Shown one piece after another: positions 40,182 through 48,730 of a stretch of DNA of 64,000 nucleotides. The position numbers and the translations under genes were made by a program. Location: the NCBI RefSeq assembly GCF_006345805.1, contig NW_021833298.1, forward strand, positions 1 through 64,000. Reading direction: 5' to 3'. The stretch comes from Octopus sinensis (lineage: Eukaryota). The first letter of the stretch is position 1, and each line of letters opens with the position of its first letter. Under the pieces are notes generated by a model. It was not told the DNA's origin, made no database searches, and saw only the letters and a list, made by a program, of their open reading frames with translations.

Positions 40182-40714
40182 CTTTATATATAAAAGAGAG
40201 GTTGTGTGCTGTCTGTCTCCTACGATTTAGATTCCTAACTACTCCCACATTTTGCGGTGCAGTTTAACCAAAACCGGGTATCTTATAGTCGTGATTCATA
40301 TCGAGCCCTTCTGGGTATTAGCGCGCGTCTACGATGAGTCTACGATTTAAAAAAAAATTTACCATAATTTTTCCTCATTTTTAATGCATTTTCGCTCGGT
40401 TTATATAAGGGAAGTAACTCTCTATAAATGCTTATATAGTTATTTCCCTTACAAACCCGAGCAACGCCGGGCGATACTGCTAGTATAAAATAAAACAGGA
40501 AACTGAAAATTTTTTGTCTCCATTTCAAACAATCCAACCCAAACCAGCATGGAAAACAGACATTAAACAACGATGATGATGATGATGATGGGTAAAAGTT
40601 TTATTGTTTTATTTCTGTAAATTTTCACAAGTATTATTTTTGAAACTTTAAATCCAAAAAAGAAAATTTTATATAAATGTGATTAAAAAATAAATAAATA
40701 CCTCTCTTTTCCAT
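10..40714 (-). CDS. PARP15-like: Macrodomain mono-ADP-ribosyltransferase (macro-macro-PARP catalytic; PARP14/PARP15 family). Model: complement join(40702-40714, 29759-29895, 29250-29477, 27040-27267, 22277-22328, 17086-17225, 16577-16804, 15522-15750, 12651-12705, 11274-11339, 7003-7136, 6449-6626, 10-278), ~651 aa if the extra base at 15669-15670 is removed
   Basis: All exons are bounded by GT/AG with matching phases. Macro motifs DVIVNSxN, AAG and SLAFPxLGxG; catalytic motifs LWHGT, GFNRSYCGKNATAFGEGVYFA and AYPNYLITF. Family assignment is from motif recognition; exact orthology untested. Confidence 0.9.
490..1870 (+). mobile_element. Penelope-like element terminal remnants
   Basis: AT-rich, flanked by (TA)n, carries a hammerhead-like motif with palindromic stem III typical of Penelope pseudo-LTRs; no ORF left. 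Confidence 0.45.
1604..1712 (+). ncRNA. Hammerhead ribozyme-like motif (type I, Penelope style)
   Basis: CTGAAGA 1606-1612; stem II GCCGTGAGAC/GTCTTCACGGC; GAAA 1699-1702; palindromic ACAGCTGT; GTC cleavage triplet ending 1710; stem I only 2 bp (CT/AG). Confidence 0.55.
2026..2830 (+). mobile_element. Degraded RTE-clade LINE RT fragment
   Basis: GVHQGSVLSP-like start, GRWPYSIGRKGVGRNSILC and KGRLYDVC..LHGNEMW; homologous to the copy at 3878-4987; frameshifted. Confidence 0.85.
3077..5240 (-). mobile_element. 5'-truncated RTE-clade LINE with RT ORF, 3'UTR and (GAT)n tail
   Basis: ORF 3878-4987 (369 aa) with QGSVLSPLLF and LLYADY (YADD motif mutated); upstream RT coding to ~5240; tail at 3077-3098; lies between TA tracts. 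Confidence 0.95.
3245..3832. repeat. ~61-bp tandem repeat (9-10 units, alternating A/B variants) inside the RTE 3'UTR
   Basis: Recurrent cacgaacggatggtgcttttacgtg(t/c)cacc at ~61-62 bp spacing. Confidence 0.9.
5334..5418. repeat. (TA)n microsatellite
   Basis: Read directly. Confidence 0.95.
5473..5510 (+). ncRNA. Minimal hammerhead-like motif with variant core, in a short (TA)n-flanked element (~5418-5610)
   Basis: TCTTT-CTGTCGA-A-GAGC-ATAG-GCTT-GAAA-CGT-A-AAAGA: 5-bp stem I, 4-bp stem II, A6 replaced by U. Confidence 0.55.
6449..6626 (-). CDS. PARP15-like: PARP catalytic exon (IERIQNKTLY...LWHGTAEGAVRGINKSGFNRSYCGKN)
   Basis: Acceptor AG at 6628-6627, donor GTAAGT at 6448; phase 0-1; HGT motif. 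Confidence 0.95.
7003..7136 (-). CDS. PARP15-like: Exon at the start of the catalytic domain (ESVPVTWSPM...SYRIIK)
   Basis: Acceptor cctctAG at 7138-7137, donor GT at 7002-7001; phase 1-0; PxxW motif as in PARP14/15. Confidence 0.9.
7380..8470. mobile_element. Cluster of RTE fragments (+ strand 3' tail ~7380-7480; - strand pieces ~7500-7980 and ~8050-8470)
   Basis: ALREKLGIRGIRCSVQERR and GRPR motifs; shared 3'UTR sequence. Confidence 0.8.
8560..9700 (-). mobile_element. Penelope-like element fragment with GIY-YIG endonuclease
   Basis: ORF 8683-9069: C-S-F-R..CPL..C...VYQCTV...YYIG...W.II...C.LCL.E, followed by an LLNK-like C-terminus. Confidence 0.8.
9713..11165. repeat. ~1.45-kb compound (AAT)n/AATATT microsatellite array
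   Basis: Read directly. Confidence 0.98.
11274..11339 (-). CDS. PARP15-like: Candidate 66-nt symmetric exon (ASTKSQPGKSQKKKFRHRNVKK)
   Basis: Strong donor AAG|GTGAG; pyrimidine tract followed by an AAG acceptor at 11341-11340 (in-frame alternative TAG 21 nt upstream); phase 1-1 fits both neighbours; open frame. Confidence 0.65.
11876..12215 (-). repeat. Four 56-bp tandem units running into an RTE 3'UTR fragment
   Basis: cagttccctagggatgct at ~11876, 11932, 11988 and 12044. Confidence 0.85.
12367..12620 (-). mobile_element. RTE 3' end fragment with (GAT)n tail
   Basis: Same sequence family as 3077-3300. Confidence 0.85.
12651..12705 (-). CDS. PARP15-like: 55-nt exon ending the C-terminal macrodomain (KFKEYFQEISTDGSTASS)
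   Basis: Acceptor ctaacAG at 12707-12706, donor GTAAAT at 12650; phase 0-1; positional paralog of 22277-22328. Confidence 0.85.
13075..13195 (-). mobile_element. CR1/L2-type 3' tail fragment
   Basis: Reverse complement of 14330-14412, with an (ATT)n tail. Confidence 0.75.
13410..13650. mobile_element. Single diverged arm of the fold-back element family at 13856-15068
   Basis: Similar to 14825-15068 (gggacatattcatac...ttctaccagtat...aaaagatc). Confidence 0.7.
13856..15068. mobile_element. Fold-back/MITE-like palindromic element (arms ~385 bp, centre ~14675), left arm interrupted by a CR1 fragment
   Basis: gatcttttccttttgaacggca...tgccgttcaaaaggaaaagatc ends; gacaccgcta/tagcggtgtc centre; short ccctaa repeats in the arm. 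Confidence 0.8.
13982..14412 (+). mobile_element. CR1/L2-clade LINE 3' fragment
   Basis: LDTLKLRRLAADL...TRGH.YK...RKHFFTLRVAEAWNKLP motif (ORF 13962-14291). Confidence 0.9.
15522..15750 (-). CDS. PARP15-like: Second half of the C-terminal macrodomain, 229 nt with a +1 frameshift
   Basis: ILANLTQIITICLEKAEELGAKSLAFP[+T]TLGAGKLRYPIEELP...TEILK; acceptor at 15752-15751, donor GTTGG at 15521; the paralogous exon 27040-27267 is 228 nt. Confidence 0.9.
16577..16804 (-). CDS. PARP15-like: First half of the C-terminal macrodomain (VDVIVNSTNEHLQLDKGSISKFILNAAGPQ...DSPDS)
   Basis: 228 nt, phase 0-0, ttttctAG acceptor and GTAAGT donor. Confidence 0.95.
17086..17225 (-). CDS. PARP15-like: Linker and first strand of the C-terminal macrodomain (DTSSPNPSFPG...GGVKINLTIGSITNVS)
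   Basis: 140 nt, phase 1-0, tttcAG acceptor and GTGAGT donor. Confidence 0.9.
18560..19980 (+). mobile_element. Degraded R4/Dong-like (restriction-like endonuclease) non-LTR remnants
   Basis: HPNITII.RDK...MINIAVPADQNV....K.DKYQDL motif at 19353-19520 and a (TAA)n-type tract. Confidence 0.55.
20030..20225 (-). mobile_element. tRNA-derived SINE fragment
   Basis: Similar to 39750-39915. Confidence 0.7.
20255..21450 (-). mobile_element. 5'-truncated RTE LINE with (GAT)n tail
   Basis: ORF 20923-21450 is close to the C-terminus of ORF 3878-4987. Confidence 0.92.
21630..22002. repeat. Near-perfect hairpin: two 179-bp arms, 15-nt loop, 3 mismatches
   Basis: 21630-21808 is the reverse complement of 21824-22002. 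Confidence 0.97.
21867..21946 (+). ncRNA. Type I hammerhead ribozyme with full consensus core (mirror copy on the - strand at ~21686-21765)
   Basis: TTC-CTGAAGA(21870-21876)-GAAAGACACAAT...ATTGTGCCTTTC-GAAA(21932-21935)-CACGTG-T-A(21943)-GAA. Confidence 0.75.
22277..22328 (-). CDS. PARP15-like: 52-nt exon ending the N-terminal macrodomain (IFTEYLNRQKNEGFHSK)
   Basis: ttgttttcacAG acceptor, AAG|GTAAAC donor; phase 0-1 joins 27040 to 17225. Confidence 0.88.
23480..23760 (+). mobile_element. tRNA-derived SINE
   Basis: ggttcagtc...ggcaccttggacaagtc; same family as 39750-39915. Confidence 0.7.
23975..24300 (+). mobile_element. R4-like RT fragment
   Basis: VNHFFFMDDLKLCGK motif (RT FMDD). Confidence 0.65.
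24310..26400 (-). mobile_element. Degraded RTE LINE with tandemly repeated 3'UTR
   Basis: ORF 26003-26368 (FGFVPWKSTTDAIF...DMEKAFDRV); ~62-bp repeats at 24470-24860. Confidence 0.92.
27040..27267 (-). CDS. PARP15-like: Second half of the N-terminal macrodomain (ILANLTQIITNCLKTAERMGAKSLAFPILGTGKMRYP...TKIIK)
   Basis: 228 nt, phase 0-0, tttatAG acceptor and GTTGG donor; open frame. Confidence 0.95.
27360..28500 (+). mobile_element. Decayed RTE fragment with (GAT)n tail, present in only one copy of the duplicated intron
   Basis: RT C-terminal motifs; the paralogous intron (15751-15870) lacks it. Confidence 0.85.
29250..29477 (-). CDS. PARP15-like: First half of the N-terminal macrodomain (VDVIVNSSNKQLQLQRGAVSKFILNAAGSE...DSPDS)
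   Basis: 228 nt, phase 0-0, canonical splice sites. Confidence 0.95.
29759..29895 (-). CDS. PARP15-like: Linker and first strand of the N-terminal macrodomain (DTPSPNPSFPG...GIKIQLLIDSISNAS)
   Basis: 137 nt, phase 1-0; paralog of 17086-17225. Confidence 0.9.
30130..31255. mobile_element. Two RTE fragments tail-to-tail (+ ~30130-30450; - ~30475-31255)
   Basis: Shared 3'UTR; LHGSETW and REKLGVRGIRCG motifs. Confidence 0.85.
31560..31950 (+). mobile_element. Two tandem short interspersed repeats (gagttcaaattccgccgaggtcgac family); inverted copy at ~49270-49490
   Basis: Repeated B-box-like gagttcaaa followed by ggggtcgat...aagtaccag. Confidence 0.65.
32452..38785. repeat. 166-bp satellite array, ~38 copies, G/purine-rich + strand
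   Basis: gtgggtggagcacacagatc at 32485, 32651 and 32817 (period 166). Confidence 0.98.
38790..39380 (-). mobile_element. RTE fragments, including a BovB-like linker region (39170-39380)
   Basis: Minus frame KQEW*NDRAKGAQEAADRNDAKGSYSYIKEIYGP. Confidence 0.65.
39530..39915 (-). mobile_element. tRNA-derived SINE, near full length
   Basis: Minus strand begins aggcgcaggagtggctgtgtggtaag...ggttccgggttcagtccc (A- and B-box-like). Confidence 0.85.
40181..40483 (+). mobile_element. Non-autonomous Helitron
   Basis: 5' TC, 3' hairpin cccgagcaacgccggg then CTAG, inserted between A and T. Confidence 0.88.
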
Positions 40715-40736
40715 GATTTCAACATGTATTTTTGCT
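40702..40736 (-). CDS. PARP15-like: Candidate 35-nt exon carrying the start codon (ATG at 40714-40712, MEKR)
   Basis: Strong acceptor tttttcctaattattttattttcatttgcAG; donor GAG|GTATTT; phase 1 matches 29895; context AATCATGG. Confidence 0.6.
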
Positions 40737-41339
40737 CTGCAAATGAAAATAAAATAATTAGGAAAAACATTGTTAAGGTATTAAATACATCATTTGTTGT
40801 CAAAGTAAATTCTCTCTCTCTCTCTCTCTCCCATATAATTACAGTTAAGAGAGAGATCAGAACAACTGGGCAGAATTCAGACAGGAATCCATCTCCCCCC
40901 TTTACCATTCAGATTCCTCAGCCAAATGCAATGCTTGTCTATTCACATTGTTTTGAATCGATGCCATTATCTCATAGCTTAAACATTGTGATAACGTGAT
41001 TATCTTTTTAGCATGACATTGTAGGGTAAGTGTTACAAAGGCTGGATCTTTCCAGTTTAAATATAAAACAAGTTATATGATTGGGCCAGATTTGGCCAGT
41101 CTAAACGCTAAAAGGTTAATTGACCACATTGTGCAAGGTAATAAGGTTTACGTGTGTGTTTTTGAGTCCTACTACAGTGCAACACTCCCAAAAAGCACAC
41201 AAGAATAAACTCATACAGGAAATGCACAATAAAATGAACAAAGCCCAACAACATGTACAAAAGAGGCCCAGTAACCATCAGAAGAACACAACTACGCTAC
41301 ACACACAACACACAATACAAACACTGATACAAGAAAAGA

Positions 41340-41960
41340 CTTAGTTCAAACCTCATAACAAGCACGCGGAATTCTGTTCTTGATTCGACGGTCATTCGGA
41401 ATGCTCACAGCAGCCATATTCCTACCGCTCTATGTCACGCTGGTGAGACCCATATTGGAGTACGGGATTCAAGCCTCTTCTCCTTATCTCCTCAAAGACA
41501 TACAGCATCTCGAAAGAGTCCAGAAGCTGGCTACCCGCATGGTTCTTGGTCTCAAGAATTTGTCTTATGAAGAAAGGCTGAAGACGCTCGACCTTTATTC
41601 TCTAGAAAAACGACGACGCCGTGGAGATCTCATTCTTGCTCACAACATCATAAGTGGAAAGTGTAACCTCTCGAAAGAGCTGTTCTTCACTCCTGCTCCA
41701 GAGCGTCGGCTGCGGGGTCATTCCGAAAAGCTCTATCTGCGACGATTTCATCTCAATCGAAGGAGAGGGGCTTTCTCCGCCTGGGTTGCGGATCCGTGGA
41801 ATAAGCTGCCAGACGAGATGGTGAAGATGCCGACGACCGCTCAGTTCAAAGTCTCCCTTGACCTCAAGTGGCCTGAACTCTTTACATGAACACCACCCTG
41901 TACATAACTCCATGCCCCCCTACATGGCCTTGGTTTTTGCTTTTTGAGCCAAAAAAAATA
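41340..41960 (+). mobile_element. CR1/L2-clade LINE 3' fragment
   Basis: ORF 41380-41889: LVRPILEY...LERVQKLATRMV.GL..LSYEERL..LDLYSLEKRRRRGDLI...WNKLP. Confidence 0.92.
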
Positions 41961-42039
41961 ACTAAAAGAAAGGGCTATAGAAAAGGGATTTCAACGCTTT
42001 GGGTAGAGAAGGGTTTGTTTAAAGTGACTGAGCACACAA

Positions 42040-43215
42040 GTTAGTTGATCAAGCTAATGTTTATAGAAGAAAGTGGATGACAGAATTGGAGGTGGAAGGG
42101 ATCACGAGAGAACTGGAAAAGAAAGACCAGGCAGTGGGAAAGACAAACAACAACATAAGAGATACAGCTCAAACCAAAGAAGAACCTAAAGAAAAAAATA
42201 ACAATAGTGCTACCAATAAGGAAGGGACAACTGGCACCAGTGATTTAAGTGAGGAAGATCAGAAGATTTTAGATGTGTTGCAGGAATTCATGAGTAAAGA
42301 AGTAAGAAAAAGATTGCTCTCTTTAAAGGGTACCAACAGAAGAATGTTGCTAGATATGACTAAGAAAGTAGATTCTGTTATCAGTAGGATAGATACTAAA
42401 ATACAGAAGACACTCATTGATCTCTGCCGGAGGAGTAGTAGTTACTAAAAGATTAGATATTCCACAAGGACAAATTAGAAAAAAGCAAGTGTGAAAAAGG
42501 AAATTACAAAATAAGGAGAAGACTTTAAGACAAGATCTGAGTAGAATAGAAACCTGGAAACTGAACAAGATAGGAAACACAAGATTCAAATCTTCTCTTG
42601 GGAAAAGATACTTAGTCAAAGAGAAAGAAGGATTTGGGACAATAATAAAAGATTTGAAACAATGTGTAACAACAATAGCAGGCAAGCTCTCCAGATATCA
42701 GAAAACAAACAGATCAGTATCAACAGAATAAATGACTTGAGACAGACCAGAAGAGATTTTATAACCAAATAAATAGTGGAGAAGAAAGTACTGAAGATGA
42801 GGAACCTAATGCAGAAGAAGCTAGAATGTTCTGGAGTAATATTTGGTGTAAGCCAGACAATCAAAAGGAGATGCAGGGTAGTTAAAGAAAACAAAGGAAG
42901 AAGTAGCTAGATCTAAGATTAACTAGCGCATTAATGAGTAATGTGTTAGGAAGAATGCTAAATTGGAAGGGCCCAGGACCAGAAGGCATCCAATTACCTA
43001 ATGGCCAGATATAAAAATCATTAAAAGAAGGAGAGAGTTATAAGTATCTTGGAGTATTAGGATCTGACTACAGAAATGAAAAGGAAAATTGAGAAGGAGG
43101 AGGAAGCTAATGAAGTCAAAACTAAATGGTCGGAATCTAGTGAAGGCTGTAAATACTTGGGCAGTATTTTTACTTAGCAGCTTTTGTGATAAAAAGTGAA
43201 CTAGCAAAGCTAGAC
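42040..43215 (+). mobile_element. Degraded R4/Dong-like element pieces
   Basis: NWKGPGPEGIQ, ESYKYLGVL and LNGRNLVKAVNTWAV motifs. Confidence 0.7.
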
Positions 43216-43920
43216 AGAAGAACTAGGGTCTCCCTCTTCCACAGGTACCATCCATTTTTAGTGATCAGCACTTCTTTATGCAGCTGTCCTCATTCATGTA
43301 CATCACATGTCCAAACCAAAGTAGTCTTCTCTCTTGCATACTACATTTGATATGCCCAACTTTTCTCTCAACACATTTGCACTTTGCCGTACATGTGCAC
43401 TGTTGTTGCACATCCAACGGTGCATACCACCTTAATTTCTCTCCAGTCTACACGTCTTCTGTATTCAGAGCCCATGTCTCACTACCATGGAGTATAGCCA
43501 TTCGCACACAAGCACCATATAGTCTACCTTTCACTCTGAGAGAGAGGGTCCTTTTTGTTGCTAACAGAGGTAATAGTTCTCTGAACTTCACCCACCCAAT
43601 TCTTATTCTAGAAACAATATTTTCAGAGCATCCTCCACCATTGCTAATTTGGTCACCTAGGTAACAGAAACTATCTACAACCTCAAGAGAACCTCCTGGG
43701 TTTTTGAGAGAATCTAAGTCCCGTGTGCTCTTAGTGCTTATTGTTCCTGCACATCTGCCACATACAAAGACAATTTTATCTCTTAATCTACCTGTGATTC
43801 CACTGCCCACAGTTTACACTGGATACAGTACAAGGAATTTCTTCCAACTCCTTTCCTTCTTATGGAGCGGCACCATTTACCTGAAGGAAAGAGAGTTTTA
43901 TCTTCCTTCTTACTAACAAC
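43216..43920 (-). mobile_element. RTE RT fragment
   Basis: ORF 43448-43810 motifs. Confidence 0.88.
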
Positions 43921-44477
43921 CACTTTGGTTTTAATAATAATAATAATAATAATTCTTTCATTTATTTGCCACAAGTGTGAAGGATGAGGGGAATAATACA
44001 AAGATAGACATAAAGTGCTGGGGTATACATATAATGGAATTGTAGGGAATACGACCGTATGTTGAGGTTGGTGACATAGGTAAGTCACACGGTCGCATTC
44101 CTAGCGAAATAAGATAAGCCATAAATACAATTTTATACAATGCAGTGCCAACAGAATTTAGATGAATTGACGACAAGCCGTTCCACTGTTTGAGGGATAG
44201 ATATTATTTTATTTACAATGGGTTAATGTTAGAAGGTTGTGAGGGCTAGCAAGCATTGTGTATGTGTGCGTACAACACGTGTTTGTGTCTGTGTGTTCGT
44301 GTGTGTGACAGATACAATAAGGGTGAATGCGTGTGGCATAGTAGGTACAGAGCATAGAGTTAATAATAGATTTACTGTTCATGAGGTACACGAAGTGTAA
44401 GAGCTCAATATCAAGATGTTGTGTCTCGGAGCTGAGATTAGTTGAATCACTTGTTGTGCTTATCTTTTGATATAGAT

Positions 44478-45990
44478 ATTCTTTCAGATATATATACTGC
44501 AACTGGTTTTCCGTGGTGAGATTTTCACCTAACAGCATGAGTTGAATCTATAGTTATCTTGTGTACAAGTTAAATCTTCGTAGATAGAGACGATGTTGGC
44601 GATGACGTTATGTCTGTCGCTTGGTTTACTATAGCGTCTTCATATCATGTTTTGCTTGGTTATTTTTCTCTTGATATAGATATTGTTGTGAATAGTTCAG
44701 TTCACGGTACTTCTTGACCTACTTTGCTGGCTTGGAGACTGAAAGTCTACAATACAAAGTTATAGTCCTTTGTTTTAGAAAGAGTAATGAGCTTTTAGGG
44801 GACCTTTGGCCTTTTGCCAGTCAGGGAGAGTTCGTTGTAAACACCCCTTAAAAATAAGCAGTTCAGTTTGTGAGTGGCAGTCGGCATTTGGGATTCAGGG
44901 CAAGCAGTTGGTAGTTTGGATTTAGCAGTGGCTGTTCTGCTGGTGACAGTGTACTGAGAGATGACAGGAAGACAGTCATGAGAGAGTGAACAGTTGGGAT
45001 TGTACAGCGAGTTAGTAATGGTTTGTTCTGCTGTGACAGAGAGAGATATACAGCGGATTAGGCGGCCAATAGAGATGGACTACAATGTGAGGCATTGGCT
45101 GATGTAACGGTATGTGTTAATTGTATGTTTTGATATGTGAAGAAAAAGAATCGATGTATTGAAATGTAAAAGAAATGAACATTGTGTTACAGAACTGTTA
45201 AAGAAAGAGAGAGACTCTGTTGTAGTCTTTAATGAACATTGAACTGTATATGCCTTTAATGTGATTTGAACTGTAACGTTAATGTGATTTGAAACAGAAC
45301 TGTTTTCTCCGGACTGTATATTGCATCAATCTGAACTGATATTGTACCCGGATGCTGTTGTTATATTGTATCTGCATGTTTAAATGCTTTGATCTGTTGT
45401 ATACCTATTTCTTGCATGTGCTATCTTTAAATGTACTTGATGTTGTAATAGTCATATAAACTAGTAGGTTAAATGTAAGCCAATTGCCTTCCGCTGTATT
45501 TCTTTGTGTCTCTCTCGGTTGCCTCTGTGTCTTTTCCTGCTGTTGTTGTTGTTGTCTCTCTCCTCTCTGAGTTCCGTGGCGAACATTCGACGATCGATCG
45601 GGCCTGGTCAATCATCGTCGCTTGACTTGTTGGGATCCCGGGTTCGAGTTCGGGCGACGGCAGGTGGGATTCCGTAGCAACTTTCGGGGGTCCCGTATTC
45701 TTTCAGATATATATACTGCAACTGTTTTTCCGTGGTGAGATTTTCACCTAACAGCATGAGTTGAATCTGTAGTTATCTTGTGTACAAGTTAAATCTTCGT
45801 AGATAGAGACGATGTTGGCGATGACGTTATGTCTGTCGCTTGGTTTACTATAGCGTCTTCATATCATGTTTTGCTTGGTTATTTTTCTCTTGATATAGAT
45901 ATTCTTTCAGATATATATACTGCAACTGTTTTTCCGTGGTGAGATTTTCACACTAACAGTATGAGTTGAATCTGTGAAGTTGGTGTGTAC
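44478..45990. repeat. ~204-bp direct repeats (44478-44683, 45697-45900, partial from 45901) split by an LTR-like insert
   Basis: attctttcagatatatatactgcaactg starts each unit. Confidence 0.9.
44684..45585 (+). mobile_element. LTR-like element (TGTTG...GAACA), related to 57918-58723
   Basis: TG...CA termini; long internal similarity to the second copy; ~110 bp of extra GC-rich sequence to 45696. Confidence 0.6.
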
Positions 45991-46519
45991 ATGTCTGAAG
46001 TGGACGATGGTGATGGCGACTTGAAGTTGGTACAATGATGGTGACGACGGCGGCGGAGATAGAAATTGGTTTTCTGTTGCGGGTGTACATTAGCGTCGTC
46101 GTGGCTGATCGTCTGTCGCTGTGACTGGAACATGTTGAGTAGCTCTGTGGTCAGAGGTTAGCCCTTATAAGGACTGGAACCAAAGATGCAAGTATACTGA
46201 AAACACTCCCTTATATAGAAGTAAGGTGACTCAACAGAGCCTAGGAAATGGGACCTTAACCAAAGGCCGTGATTGGTTGGCTTTGGCCAGTGGCACGAAA
46301 TAAGTAGGGAGAAAGACCGCGCTTAGATGCCAACCAATCAAAATAGTGGACACAACAAGGTTAAACTAGCCAAAGATGTTTGTAATCTCAAACGAGATCA
46401 TTCCTAATATTTCTCTCAAACAGTGAAGATAGCAATGAAGAAAACAATATTGCTACAGAATGATAAAAAAAAGGAAAGAAATTAAGTATACATGACATAC
46501 ACTGAAAAAGAAGGGACAT

Positions 46520-47545
46520 CTGCATAGCATACAAGGGTTTAAAAAAAAAGCGGCAGGGAGGATGATACAGGAAGGCCTCTAGGGATAATCAAGGAACCCC
46601 ACTGTCCGAGATTTCCATGAAACCCCTCTCCAGTTCCTTCTCTCCGACTCACAGGTCTACACTTAGAGACCATCCACTGTTGCCATTTTTGCAACTTTCA
46701 CCCACCTTTCAATAAACTCACTCGAGGACAGCCCTTCTCTCTTCACTCTCACTTTCCTTTTCAAGTGAAACTTGAGGAAGTCAATGAGAGCTCTGCCAAA
46801 GAGGAATGGATCTGTCCTCAGGCCTTTCAGCCTTGTCCACCAAACAACCTCTTTTGCCATAGCCACCAGACAAAGGAAAACTGCCTTGCCTACTTGATTG
46901 AAGGAGGACGGTAGTGCAATCATCACTACAGACTCGGCTGACAGATGGATCCGTCCCACACGTTACAGCAGCTGTTCAACATAACTCCACAAGTCAGCAA
47001 TGCCTGGACACTAAACAAGAGCATGCAAAATGGTTTCGTCACTCTGCATGCACCTCGGACAAGCCCGTCTGACAGCACATCTGAGCCTGCAGAGTTTATC
47101 TTGAACTGGTAGTGCCCCCCTCCCCAGTAGCACTGCCAGGCCAAGGACAACTGAAAATTACCCATGATAGTTCCCGACCGGAAAGTCCTCCGTAACAGAC
47201 TAGTCAGTTCATTCTCATCAGTGCACAGAGTCTCCCTGAGAACATTGTTGCACTTCCCCACCACTAATCCTGAATAAATTTTCAAGGCAGAACATCCACC
47301 AATCCCATTGTCTGACATTCTGGGTGCCAGGTGCCCACTCTCAGTCTTTTCTTCACCCTGGGCTGTTGCTCTGTGATGGAGACAAGCCTCACAAACGGAG
47401 CCCACACACACTCAGTGTCTAGGAATCCTTGCAGATGGTGTAACCTAAGAGTATGTCTGTGTATTAGGAAGGCATACCTAATCTGCCACCGAGAGGATAG
47501 TGACAACAGGCCAACCGCCTGAACAGTGGAATATACCTCTTCCAC
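46520..47545 (-). mobile_element. L1/Tx1-clade LINE 3' fragment
   Basis: CPRCMQSDETILHALV*C zinc knuckle followed by AKEVVWWTR; in-frame stops. Confidence 0.75.
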
Positions 47546-47559
47546 AAGAATTTAAATAA

Positions 47560-48420
47560 GAGAGAACTATCAGGCTAATGGTTCTTTAAAAAATAGTACT
47601 GACCTTAAATGCAGATTCTGCAACACATTTCCTGAAACAGTCAACCATCTCGTTTCAGGATGTCCTCAGTTGACACAAAATAAATACAAAAACTGCCATG
47701 ATAGGGTTAGAGTAGTATTTACATTGGATAATATGTAAACACTACAAAATCAGCACTTGCCTGCTTACTGGTATGAACATCATCCAAAACTAGTCATTAA
47801 GGATAAAAATATCACTATCCTCTGGGATTTCACAAACAGAATGATCCATGCAAATCAACCGGACATAATTATTAAAGACAGAGAAGAAAATACTTTAGGA
47901 CTAATAGATGCAAGTGTTCCCACTGATAAAAATATATCATCATCATCATCGTTTAACGTCCGTTTTCCATGCTAGCATGGGTTGGACGGTTCAACTGGGG
48001 TCTGGAAAGCCAGAAGGCTGCACCAGGCCCAGTCTGATCTGGCAGTGTTTCCACAGCTGGATGCCCTTCCTAACGCCAACCACTCCGTGAGTGTAGAGGG
48101 TGCTTTTTACGTGCCACCGGCATAGGTGCCAGGGGAGTCTGGCATCGGTCAAGAAATTTGACGAATTAAGTAAATATAAGGAGCTGTTAATTGAAATAGA
48201 AAGGATGTGGAATCTTAAAACGAGAACTGTTCCTGTTATTGTAGGTGCCCTAGGTATAATAAAAAAAAATGGGATGTCAGAAACATCTAGATAAGATCCC
48301 AGAAGAACCATGTCTCAGAGAAATCCATAAGATTGTGTTGGCAAGTACTGCTGACATCCTTAGAAAAACCCAATCAATTTAAATGTCTGTGTTGTATTAC
48401 ATGAGGCTATTTCACTACTG
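47560..48420 (+). mobile_element. R4/Dong-like restriction-like endonuclease 3' fragment with a nested RTE tail (47938-48147, - strand)
   Basis: ILWDF...ANQPDII..D...LIDASVPTDKNI resumes after the insert as KFDELSKYKELLIEIERMW...PVIVGALG. Confidence 0.88.
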
Positions 48421-48666
48421 CCCTTGCCTCTTCCCCTCCTCACGTTTTCAGTTATTCTGTAACATCTCATCTCTACTAGAAACAGAGAAACTTTCAAAAA
48501 AAACAAAGATCTAGAAAAGAGGTAACTTGAATGTGGCATCTGAAACCAGGAACAATTCCTATCATAATAGGCGCATTAGGTATGATGAAAGAACATTCAG
48601 ACAAATGCATAAGACAGAGCTGTGCTGGGGAGTGAAGTGAAAGCATGTGATAAAAATAAAACTACA

Positions 48667-48713
<47 letters not shown>

Positions 48714-48730
48714 TAATAATAATAATATTA
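48667..48730. repeat. (AAT)n tail of a second R4-like 3' fragment (~48500-48730)
   Basis: PIIIGALG-like coding sequence followed by (AAT)n. Confidence 0.7.

Noticed and set aside
44209-44538. Minus ORF as a Penelope C-terminal fragment
   Set aside because: Resemblance too weak; no GIY-YIG motif visible.
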